From NCBI GenBank assembly GCA_964016885.1, contig OZ024742.1, positions 322,772,001 through 322,836,000 on the forward strand: DNA of 64,000 nt, in the 5' to 3' direction. Under the pieces are notes generated by a model that had not been told where the DNA came from, searched no databases, and worked only from the letters and a program-made list of their open reading frames with translations. This stretch comes from Eledone cirrhosa. Taxonomy: Eukaryota. A program made the translations under genes and the position numbers. Below, piece by piece: positions 44,430-55,214 of the stretch (within the stretch, counting starts at the first letter, position 1; each line of letters starts with the position of its first letter).

Positions 44430-47400
44430 CGTCGTTTAACGTCCATTTTCCACGCTAGCATGGGTTAGACGGGAGTTGTCCCAATTTGAGTCAAGGTTGG
44501 TCAGGTGACCGTGTCTCGCTCATATAGGACTACCTGGCAGGTTTTCTACGGCTGGATGCCCTTCCTAACACCAACCACATTTACAGTGTGGAACTGGGAA
44601 CTTTTTACCGTGTTACCTACACGACCACATTACAGCGTGGACTGTGTTTTGTGTCATGACACCTACACAATCTCGATCTCATTTATTTGGACTGGATGTT
44701 GTGGTACCAACTTTACAGAGAGAGGGTGGTGTTAGTAGGAGGATAGGGTAGGGGTAGTGGATTGTGGTGTATATTTGGTTAAGAGGTGCCTACTGACTGT
44801 AGGTTTCGCTTTGTACATAGGCAAGGCGGGTCTTCTGTATTACTGCGTAGCGCCAAAGATCTCGGTCCAGTGACATTGTCTTAGAGAGGTGCAAGTGTGT
44901 AAGGTTGGAATTTATTAGATCGTCCCAAGTTTTTCTGGGTCTACCTACTCCGTAACTACCATCAATTTTGATCGCCCTGCACTTTTTATACAGCTGTCGT
45001 CTTTCATGCGCATCACGTGGCCATACCAACGTAGTCTTCTCTCAAGTAAACAGCATCTGATCCCTCTTATTCCTAATTTCTCAATTAGTTCATTTATGCT
45101 TTGCCGTTCACGTATATTACTATTACACATCCAACGGAGCATGGATGCTTCGTTCCTTTCCAGTCTACGCAGATCCTCTGCACGTAATGCTCACATGTCT
45201 CACTGCCATGTAGCATTACTGTTCGTATACTAGCATCATACAATCTGCCTTTCATTTTTAGAGAGACCTTTTGTGGCCAACAGCGGTATAAGCTCTCTGA
45301 ACTTTTTCCATCCCGTTCTGACTCTGGCTACTGTACTTTCAGAACACCCTCCTCCACTGCTGATTTCGTCACCCAGGTAACGGAAAGTGTCCACTATTTC
45401 TATAGAACCATCTGGGCAATAGAAGGAGCTAGTATCCTGTGGACACTTGCTACTTATTGCACCTGAGCATCGGCCACACATAAAGTCTACATTCTTAGAT
45501 AGTTTACCTGTGATCCCACTACATTTTTTATGTACCCATACTTTGCATTTGGGACATAAAATAGAATTTCTGCCTACTCCTTTCCTACACACTGAGCATG
45601 GCCATTTCCCTGAGGGCACCTGTGCCCTATTTTCCTTTCTACAAACTAGAACTTTAGTCTTAGACAAGTTAACTTTAAGGCCTTTTGATTCTAGGCCATG
45701 CTTCCATGTTTCGAATTTCTTCTCTAGTTCAGCCATTGATTCAGCTATTATATCATCTGCATATAGGAGTTCCCATGGGCAGCCGGTCTTGAACTCCTCT
45801 GTTATAGCCTGAAGGGCAATAATAAATAAGAGGGGGCTAAGGACAGAGCCTTGATGAACGCCAACTTTTACACTAAATACTTCACAATATTCATTGTTAA
45901 TTCTAACCTTACTGACTGTTTCATTATACATAGCTTGTAAAGCTCTCACAAGCCATTCATTTACACCTAGTTTTCTAAGAGCCCACCAGATAATGGAGCG
46001 GAGGACTGTCAAAAGCTTTCTCCAGGTCTACAAAAGCTAAGTAGAGTGGTTTACTTTTAGCTAGGTACTTCTCTTGTAGTTGTCGTACAAGGAAAAGAGC
46101 GTCTGTGGTACTTTTACCTGACACAAACCCAAACTGCATTTGATCTAGTTTTTGGTCCTCACGTTGTCGAACATGGTTGAACTTTCTATCCTCTGCTACC
46201 CTTTTCTCCTAGCTTCTCTCCTGGCCACTTGATAGTGCTCTCTACTTCCCCCATCCTGCCATACTTTCCAAGCCTGCTTTTTGGCCTTGGTTGTCTCTTC
46301 CACCTTACTGTTCCACCACCAAATTACTCTCCTCCTGCCAATAGGTCTGCTCCAGCCACAGACTTCATCCGTTGCTTTCAGCAGGTTCACTTTCAAGAAT
46401 TGCCACTGTTCCTCTATATCGCACATCTCTAATTGCTCTTCCTTATTGTTAAAGGCATCAAGTAATAAGCTTTTAAATTTGTCACTGGCCATGGGGTCCT
46501 TCAACTTCCATATTCTTCTCAAGGTAGGCCTCTTCTGTCATCGAGTACGTCTATTCCTGACTATGAGGTCACTAACTACTAGGCTATGTTGGGAGGTGCA
46601 TTCTTCACGGGGGAGGGATTTAGTGTTTACAACAGACACTTTGTCCCATCTTCTAGTAAGGATATACTCTATCTGGCTGGTGTGTTCCCCTGATCGAGAG
46701 GTGATCAAGTGGTTTTCACATTTTTTTAAGTTTGTGTTACAGATAGTTAGGCTATTTGCGTCACAAAATTCCAGGATTCTGAAGCCCTCCTCATTTCTAT
46801 TTCCAACCCCATAGCCTCCATGGATTCCATCATAGCCATCACTATGTTGTCCAACGGGACCGTTTAGATCGCCAGCAATAATTAAGTAGTTGCTGTCGGT
46901 TATTTGGGAGGTAGTGTGCATTAGCATCTCATAGAACCTGTCCTTTATAACGTCAGGTAGACCAGATTGGGGTGCATAAGCGGATATTATTGTCACAGTA
47001 GTTCTATTTAGAACTAATCTTAATTTAATTATTCTGTCATTCACTATTTACGTCAATTACCTTATCTACCCATTTTTCAGCTAACATAATTCCTACACCA
47101 CCCTGTCCATTGTCATTTCCCACCCAGAAAAGTTTATAGCATCGTTTTTTACCCACGATGAATCTGGCAGACCCCCCCCCCTCTCCACCTAGTCTCTTGA
47201 ATACAACAAATATCAACTTCTTTATGTTCAAGCATCTCTACAACCTCATTTGAGCGACCTTTCAATGTGCCTACGTTCATGGTACCAACTCTGAAGTTGG
47301 GAGGGTGGGATGGATGGGTTGGCGGGGCAGGGAGGGGTGTAGGAGACAGGATTTTGTTGGTTATCCATATCTGAAATAAAGAGGGGTCCTTGTATTCTTG

Positions 47401-47837
47401 TCTTGCAGCGGGAGGTGAATTTATCTTTATCTGTGACATTGTCATTGAGTGCTTAGACTTTTAAAATTTCCACAGGTCTAAACTTAAGGAGTAGTAACCG
47501 AGGTGGTAGCTTTGCTATACTGATTTGTTAGAGAACTTACTAAAGCCGCTGAGTTATGATTGGACCATATAGCAATGGTGGTGAGTGGGGATGGGCGGGA
47601 AATGTGTAACTTTAGGAGAAGGTTAGTTTTTAGGATGTGTCCAACAGATTGAGACATATTAAAAACATGTAAAATAATAATTGAAAATCAGAGATGAAAA
47701 CAGAGAATTTGAATTTTAGACTGGCATAAATAAGAGTTTAAAACACTGCTTATTGAGAAGACTACGGATAGAAGAAAAGACAAGTATTGCTTACATTCTC
47801 AAAATCGACAAATCGCCCGTAAGATAGATTAGATAGT
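44430..47837 (-). mobile_element. RTE-clade LINE with both ends present but internally deleted and frameshifted (APE endonuclease plus RT)
   Basis: APE motifs VGTMNVGTL, CIQETRW, SAYAPQ, GDLNG; RT motifs GVHQGSVLSPLLF, LLYADD, FRYLG, RRLRWYGHV; (GAC/GAT)n tail; 16-bp TSD TCCCCACTCAACACAT at 44414-44429 and 47838-47853. Confidence 0.92.
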
Positions 47838-48008
47838 TCCCCACTCAACACATACCCTATACAATCACCACTCAACACATATCCTATACAATCACCACTC
47901 AACACATATCCTATACAATCACCACTCAACACATATCCTATACAATCACCACTCAACACATATCCTATACAATCACTACCCAGTCAACAATATAAAAAAT
48001 TACTTACC

Positions 48009-48117
48009 TCAGTCATTGATGCTTTCAAATGAAGCTAAAATGGCAAAATTCTCTCTATAAATATTCCATAACTTCAGTTTGTGTGGGTTATCAATTTCAA
48101 TTCGAGACAAATATAAA
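48009..48117 (-). CDS. TPTE2: VSP/TPTE last coding exon: (S)LYLSRIEIDNPHKLKLWNIYRENFAILASFESIND*
   Basis: tttttccag acceptor, phase 2; E.DNPHK...W.IYRE.FA motif; TGA at 48009-48011 followed by G|gtaagt. Confidence 0.93.
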
Positions 48118-48776
48118 CTGGAAAAAGAAAAAAAGAGTTATCATCATCATTGTTTTTAGGTCTTTTTTCCATGTTTACATGTATCACACCCCACCATACA
48201 TACATTATATATGAGTGAGTGAGTGTGTGTGTGAGAGAAAGAGAGAGAGAATATGACAGATTCATTCAGCAACACTACCCTCACCATTTATCCATTTATC
48301 TTTTTATTTATTTTATGTATTGCAGTTTATGGCCACTGCCAGTTTCATCATCATCATTATCATAGCAGTATTGGTAGAGCGTCGGACACTATACTTTGCA
48401 GCATAGAGTTATGGCCCTTTGCGTTCTGGGTTCAAATCCAGCCATGGTTAGCTTTGCTTTTCATCCTTACGGGGTAGATAAAATAAAGTACCAGTAATGC
48501 ACTGGGGTCGACTTAATCGACCCCCCCCCCTCAAATTGCAGATTTAATCGACCCCCCCCCCCCCCCCCCCCCACAGAAAATTGTTGGCCTTGTCCAAAAT
48601 CAGAAACCATTGACAGTATCGATAGATGCCTTGAATGCCATTTTAGTTGAAGAGCCCTTTGCCTACCCATCCCTACCACTGCCACATTGCCATCAACACC
48701 CCTGCAACACTATATGACTGCATGTTAGTGCATCTGGGAGAATGAGGCTAAACAACAACAAACCATAAGTGTTTAC

Positions 48777-48850
48777 CTGTGATTTTCAATAAATGACGTA
48801 TGAAACCAAAAATAAAATGGACAATGATCATATCCCTTTGGAAGTTTTTT
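48777..48850 (-). CDS. TPTE2: VSP/TPTE C2 exon: [24 protein letters not shown]
   Basis: tttcag/gtaaac, 74 nt, phase 0 to 2; PK.YD.CPFYFWF.TSFI motif (522-loop region). Confidence 0.95.
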
Positions 48851-50021
48851 CTGAAATATATGAATAAAGAAGGAATAAATTTGCATATATGAAATATAAA
48901 TATGAAAATACGGAGAATATGCTAAGAAAGATTTTTTTTTTTTAATGTCCAACTGTTAAAGATTGCTCCCCTTCCAGACTCTCTTTGGGGTCTCAGAATA
49001 CACAACCTTTGTGCGTCCATCTCCTGCCATCCAGGACAGGTCGCAGGCCCATTGCCAGTTTTTGTGGCATGAGACTGCAATCTATTTTTTGAACAGGCCC
49101 CTCTACCTAAGGCCTGAACGCATCCCTTGGAGATGGTTGCTTCTGACAGGACCCGTTGGAAGGAATATTTGAGGACTCAGCTCCCACGACTCTCTCAGGA
49201 ACAGGAATAAGTGGATGAAAAAGAAGTCACCAAGTCAGATTTGAAACCCTGATCTATATGGTGACAACTCCAATTGTACAAGCACTCCTTCAGTTGGAAT
49301 GTCAATATCATTTTACACCTTTCTCTATGCTATCATGGGCTGGACAGGTTTTTACTGTCCGTGTTGACTCCTATTTAGAGATACTGCCTTCTAGATGAGT
49401 TGGATGATATTGTACTGCTCACACACTACATTTTTGCCATGGTTTGTGGCTGTATGCCCTTCTTAAAACCACCTTTTTTACGGAATGTACTGGTTGTATT
49501 TTATCTCAGCACCAATACTAGAGAGGTTTACATGTCCCCAGCAAGACTATATGGTCCTCACTACCCTATGATGTATCCACTCATTTACCAATTACAATAC
49601 AGGGTGTACTGGGTGCATTTTATCATGCCATTAGTACTAGAAAAGTTTGCTTGTCCTCAGTAGATCTAAAGGGTCCACTCAAGTTTGTTGTCTCCCATTC
49701 ATTCTCCAGCTACTCGGGTAATTATATTATGGCACTAGCATTAGTGAGGTCGTCTTCAATCTTACAAGACTAAAGAGTACTTTTATGTAATGTATACAGA
49801 TCATTTTCCATTTCAGCAGAGTTATCTACCCCTGATGTACAAAGGAGCTTCTATGTAATCGTGGTCAACAGGCAAGAAATGGCAGCAAAAACTACCCTCT
49901 GTAATACTGTTGTCTTGAGAGAGAGAGAGCTTTGGGGAAATGAAAGTGGAAAAAAGATAAAAAGTACAATATGAGAAGTAAAATGTTAGCTTGGCACTAA
50001 CTTGTATCTAAGGAATCTTAC

Positions 50022-50117
50022 ATTTGTAGAATTAAATTTGATTTTGACATCATTGACCAGAATCGGACATTGGTGTAGGTTTATCATGATGCTGTCACTG
50101 TCTGTGTATTTAATCAC
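50022..50117 (-). CDS. TPTE2: VSP/TPTE C2 exon: VIKYTDSDSIMINLHQCPILVNDVKIKFNSTN
   Basis: ttccag/gtaaga, 96 nt, phase 0 to 0; CP.L..DVKIKF motif. Confidence 0.9.
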
Positions 50118-51279
50118 CTGGAAATAGAATAGCAGCATCAACATCACTGATACAACCACCAACACTACAGCCACTACCAACAACAACAAACAACAAAATA
50201 AAATCACTGGGCAATAGAAATACATCATCAGCAATTATAACAACTGCTTTAGCAGTGGTAGAACCAAAACATAGATGGTACCACTAGTACCACCACCACC
50301 ACCCATATCACTACTACCACCACTATGATAACAAAGAAGAAAACAACAAGATGTGAAGCAAATCCACAATACATCATCATCATCCCCCCAAAATCAAAGA
50401 GCCACTATGGTCACTCAACCTGCTAAAAATAGCAGTTAAATCTCCCTCCCATCACCTTCCAACTCTTCCATCTACAATCTTTAATGAAAGGAGAAGACAT
50501 GTTGGATGATGTGGTCCTGGATACATATATATCTTTGACTCTTAGTCAGAATACTTCTCTCTATCTCCCCTCTTTCTCCCATCACCATCCCTATATCTAA
50601 TATGTCAAACTGCCATTCTATAACCCATATAAAGTACACCTTTACTACAATATTAAGTGTAATTCTGGTGAGAGTTGTTTAGTTCCAGGTCAGTCCTGAT
50701 TGGGTAGACATTCTAGCCATATAACTTACATTCTTTAAGCTGGGCCTAATGCTTGCAATAGAGCAAGTTCCACCAAAATCACTAAAATTTCACAATCGAG
50801 GTCAGATTCTAATATTTGAAACTTAAAATGTAAAACTTAAAATTGTGCAATTCTAGCAAAAGGAAGCAGAGTTATCTCCCCTAATGTTACCTCTTAAAAA
50901 TAAATTCTTTCCCGGGTAGTTGAATTTTTTGTCTTGTGTTTCGTCTTTATCATGTCTTCTCGATCTGGACTGACCTGTGGCTAAACAACAACAACTACTA
51001 CTACTACTGCACCACTTCTACCACCACCCGTACCATTACCAACAAGTATCTACTTTTAACCCCCAATACCACTACTCCCTCCACAAAAAATCCACAAATC
51101 ACCACGGACACTGATGTAGCTTAAAGGGTATAATAACGTATATATCATATCTATTGATATAAGTGTGTGTACCCCCAGGTGCCACGATAAAAATTACCCA
51201 GGCCACCCTGTAAAGTGGTAGTGTTGGAGTAACGATATCATGCTCCCAGTACATTGGACTTATCAAATAATTATTTTTT

Positions 51280-51610
51280 TCCAGCCTGCGGCGTTCGAGA
51301 CGTTTGGTGGAGTTAGGCCTCAGGCAGCAAAGTTCTTGTCATCGCTGTCGGCTCGCCTTACTGAAGTGTCAGGTGATACCCGTGAGGGTGCCTGGTTATC
51401 TCAGCGCCTAAGCCTCGCCATCACCTGTGGTAATGCTGCGAGCGTGTTGGCTTGCTTCAAAGTGTGAGGTGCCGCCGATTGTCACACTTGATGAATTGTT
51501 CCACCCACCCCGCTTTCTTTCTTTCCTTTATCATTACTGTTCAATTAATTATATTATTATTGTTCAATGAACTATATTATATTTTTTTATACACCTTAAT
51601 ATAATAAAAC
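51280..51610 (+). mobile_element. 3' fragment of a CRE-like (restriction-like endonuclease) non-LTR retrotransposon
   Basis: PAAFETFGG...FLSSLSARL...GD.REGAWLSQRLSLAITCGNAASVL is the typical REL-domain C-terminus; followed by a stop, an AT-rich 3' UTR and AATAAA. Confidence 0.7.
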
Positions 51611-52297
51611 GCTGTAAATTGGTTGGTATTAGGCAGGGGTATCCAGCCGTAGAAGCCAAACTAGAAACAGAACATGTGAACAAGATACAGCCATCTGACA
51701 TGTCTAGTTTTAGAATGACAACCCGTCTAATTCATGCAAGCATAGACACAGATGTTAAATAACGACTACGACGATGACAACAACTACGACGACGACATCA
51801 ACCTCGACAACAGCAAACAACGACAACGAAGACAATGACGACGATAAGGATGATATATCTATTATGAAACAATTGCTTCTACTTTAGGCACAAGGCTAGC
51901 AATTTGACGAGGGGGGAGGAAGGTCGATTAAGTCGACCCCAGTGCATGACTGGTACTTTATTTTATCTACCCCGTAAGGATGAAAGGCAAGCTAACCTCG
52001 GTGGGATTTGAACTCAGAATGTAAAGGACTATAACTATGCCGCTAAGCAGGGTGTCAGACGCTCTACCGATTCTGCCAATCCATATCTATTCTGAAATAA
52101 TTGTTTCTACTTTTGGCACAAGGCCAGCAATCACTCAGTACATTACTGGTACTTTATTTTATCGACCCCATAAGGATGAAAGGCAAAGTTAACCTCGGCG
52201 GGATTTGAACTCAGCATGGCAAGGGCCGTAACTCTATGCGTCAAAGCATGGCGTCTGACCCTCTACTGATAACTTAGAAATAAGTGTGTCACTTTAC

Positions 52298-52395
52298 CTG
52301 ACAGTTAATACTTGCTCCCAAGTGACACTCATAAATGAGGTTTTCAGCGGTACGGATCTCTATACTGAGGTCACTACCATCACCATTACCAACAC
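52298..52395 (-). CDS. TPTE2: VSP/TPTE C2 exon: (G)VGNGDGSDLSIEIRTAENLIYECHLGASINCQ
   Basis: ttgtag/gtaaag, 98 nt, phase 1 to 0; GVG.G.GSDL motif of the VSP C2 domain. Confidence 0.92.
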
Positions 52396-52424
52396 CTACA
52401 ACAACAACATTTAATATGATCATA

Positions 52425-53242
52425 GAATACTGCCACATACACATACACACACACTACTGCTGCTGTACACCAACACACACACACTACTGCTGCTGTACAC
52501 CAACACACACACACTACTGCTGCTGTACACCAACACACACACACTACTGCTGCTGTACACCAACACACACTACTGCTGCTGTACACCAACACACACACAC
52601 ACTACTGCACACCAACACACACACACACTACTGCTGCACACCAACACACACACACACTACTGCTGCACACCAACACACACACACACTTGCTGCTGCACAC
52701 CAACACACGCTGCTGCACACCAACACACACACTACTGCACACCAACACACACACACTACTGCTGCACACCAACACACACACACACTACTGCTGCACACCA
52801 ACACACACACACACTACTGCTGCACACCAACACACACACACACTTGCTGCTGCACACCAACACACACACTACTGCTGCACACCAACACACACACTACTGC
52901 ACACCAACACACACACACTACTGCTGCACACCAACACACACACTACTGCTGCACACCAACACACACACTACTGCTGCACACCAACACACACTACTGCTGC
53001 TGTACACCAACACACCTGTTGTATTTTCGCACCACTGCATCACTACATCAACAACACTTGTTGCATCACTACACATACCTGTTGCCCCACACTGAACATC
53101 TGCTGCATCAATGCACACCTACACATCTGCACCACACTGCACATCTACACATCTGTTGCACCACACTGCACATCTACACATCTGTTGCACCACACTGCAC
53201 ACCTACACATCTGTTCCACCACACTACACACATGTTGCACCA
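52425..53242. repeat. Minisatellite (ACACACACTACTGCTGCTGTACACCA-type units grading into CACCACACTGCACATCTACACATCTGTTG units)
   Basis: Tandem units of about 24-30 bp filling almost the whole 52396-53252 intron. Confidence 0.92.
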
Positions 53243-53252
53243 TTAAACTTAC

Positions 53253-53358
53253 CTTTAATTCCTGTGATTTTTATTGAGATCAATCTCAACGCTTTCTTCT
53301 TCGGTAAATGTCCATCAAAATCTTTTTTCATCTTTTGGAAGTAACCGACATACCGGCT
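53253..53358 (-). CDS. TPTE2: VSP/TPTE exon: SRYVGYFQKMKKDFDGHLPKKKALRLISIKITGIK
   Basis: ttacag/gtaagt, 106 nt, phase 0 to 1; continues the PSQ-SRYVGYF motif into the C2 domain. Confidence 0.93.
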
Positions 53359-53825
53359 CTGTAATGGAGGCAGAGGATAGATTTATTTCAGTTTGTGTGT
53401 GTATGTATGTAAGTTTGTATGTGTGTATGTATGTAAGTTTGTATGTGTGTATGTATGTAAGTTTGTATGTGGTGAAGGTAGACAGTCGTCAGAATATTCA
53501 GTTCTCAATAATAAGCTCATGTTTAATTCTTGGTGTCACATTATTTCACGTTGCTCCAGTTTACTCAGTTGTACATGTAAATCAAAGGGTCGGCCTTGTC
53601 GTACACTGAATCTTCATAAGAACTACCTTAATGGTGCTCAGCTCTGTGGAATGGTCGGGCACTTGCAACTTAATTTCATGGAACACTTATAGAAACCGAC
53701 AGAGATTCAACAAAAATATGTGCACAACATCATCATCATGTGCATACTTTGTATATCTGTGAATGCTGTATTGTATGTGTATGTGTGTCTGTCTGTCTGC
53801 GTCTGTCTGTCTGTCTGCGTGTGTC

Positions 53826-54022
53826 TGATTTTGGATGGCCATTGACTCTTAAGAGCTCCTTTGCCCTTTGACAGGTTTTGTTTTTAGTCCTGCAGGATGT
53901 CCAAAGTCACCCTCCTCACCAAGAAACCTTCGTGGGGTTGCCAGTTTAGTTGCCAACGACCCGACCATGGGACAGGTTGTACTGGGATACATGTTACCAG
54001 TAGCACCAACTGGTGACCTGAC
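53826..54022 (-). mobile_element. 5' fragment of the RTE-derived non-autonomous element
   Basis: Near identical to 4368-4566. Confidence 0.8.
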
Positions 54023-54024
54023 AT

Positions 54025-54071
<47 letters not shown>

Positions 54072-54630
54072 AGTAAGTCAACGCGATCAGTCGCATATTT
54101 TGGCGTGGGAGACTATTAAATTTAAGATGAATACTATCTCCGACAGTAATGCCACAACTACAGCCAGGTTGAATAACTGGTTATTCTTCTAACTATCCCT
54201 TCTGAAGACACCTTTTATTTGAATTCGTAGAGATATCCGACTAAATACATAATTCATTTTACAAGGATTTGCTACAAACAGCATGGCTGAACACAACATC
54301 AACAAGAAAATTAAGGAAGTATCGAAGAGAAATAACAAAGAAGGTAATCAAACTTTAGGAAATTACAAGTACAATCCATTAATGGAACAGTAAAAATATG
54401 TAAAACATTCCAAAAATTTTGAATCTAATAACTGCATATACACATGTACAGATACAAAGCATATACACATGCACACATACAATAACATCCATATCTACAC
54501 ATGCATACATACATATCTACCTAGTTGATGTGTAAATTCCAATGAGAGAGTCTTGTGTCTATGTTAGAAACCGACTCTATTGGTAAAACTTTGTGAAATT
54601 ATAAAACCAGAAGAACATACATACATACAT

Positions 54631-55180
54631 GGTGGCTGCCAACTCGTTTTCGAGTACGGCCAGTACTTTATATCCATGTAGGAGAACCCCTACCGATGCG
54701 CTGAACGAGTGTGACTTTTTAGTTCAGCCAGCGACTTGAAAACTCTGGTACAAACACTACACTTGTGACAATTATTGACTCATAGTGCTGGGCCCATGGT
54801 ACCATGTGATGACAAGTGCAGAGAGATCTCCAGATATAAAGCAATGCCTGTGCCGTGAAGCTTTTATAGTGAGCAAAGGCACTGCACAAAGCCAGTCCCA
54901 CTCTCTTAACCAAGATGATATTTTCCAAAAAGAAGAACAAGTCAACATCATTGGATACCATCAGGGTTGCAGGTGTTATATCAGAGTTTTCCTTCTCCTA
55001 GAATTCTGCCTTGACAAAGGCTAAGGGGTCATCTCTCCCGGTGATTTTGGATGGCCATTGACTCTTAAGAGCTCCTTTGCCCTTTGACAGGTTTTGTTTT
55101 TAGTCCTGCAGGATGTCCAAAGTAACCCTCCTCACCAAGAAACCTTCGTGGGGTTGCCAGTTTAGTCGCCAACGACCCGA
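54631..55180 (-). mobile_element. 5'-truncated copy of the RTE-derived non-autonomous element
   Basis: Near identical to 3957-4508; (ATGT)n tail at 54616-54630. Confidence 0.85.
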
Positions 55181-55214
55181 GACAGACATACATACATTGT
55201 GCTACCAACAACAT

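Larger units (their letters stand above)
43830..47975. repeat. 27-33-bp minisatellite (CAACACATACCCTATACAATCACCACT) split by nested insertions
   Basis: Units at 43830-43965, 44280-44429 and 47838-47975. Confidence 0.85.

Noticed and set aside
52335-53277. His/Thr/Cys-rich 303-aa ORF
   Set aside because: Antisense translation of an intronic minisatellite
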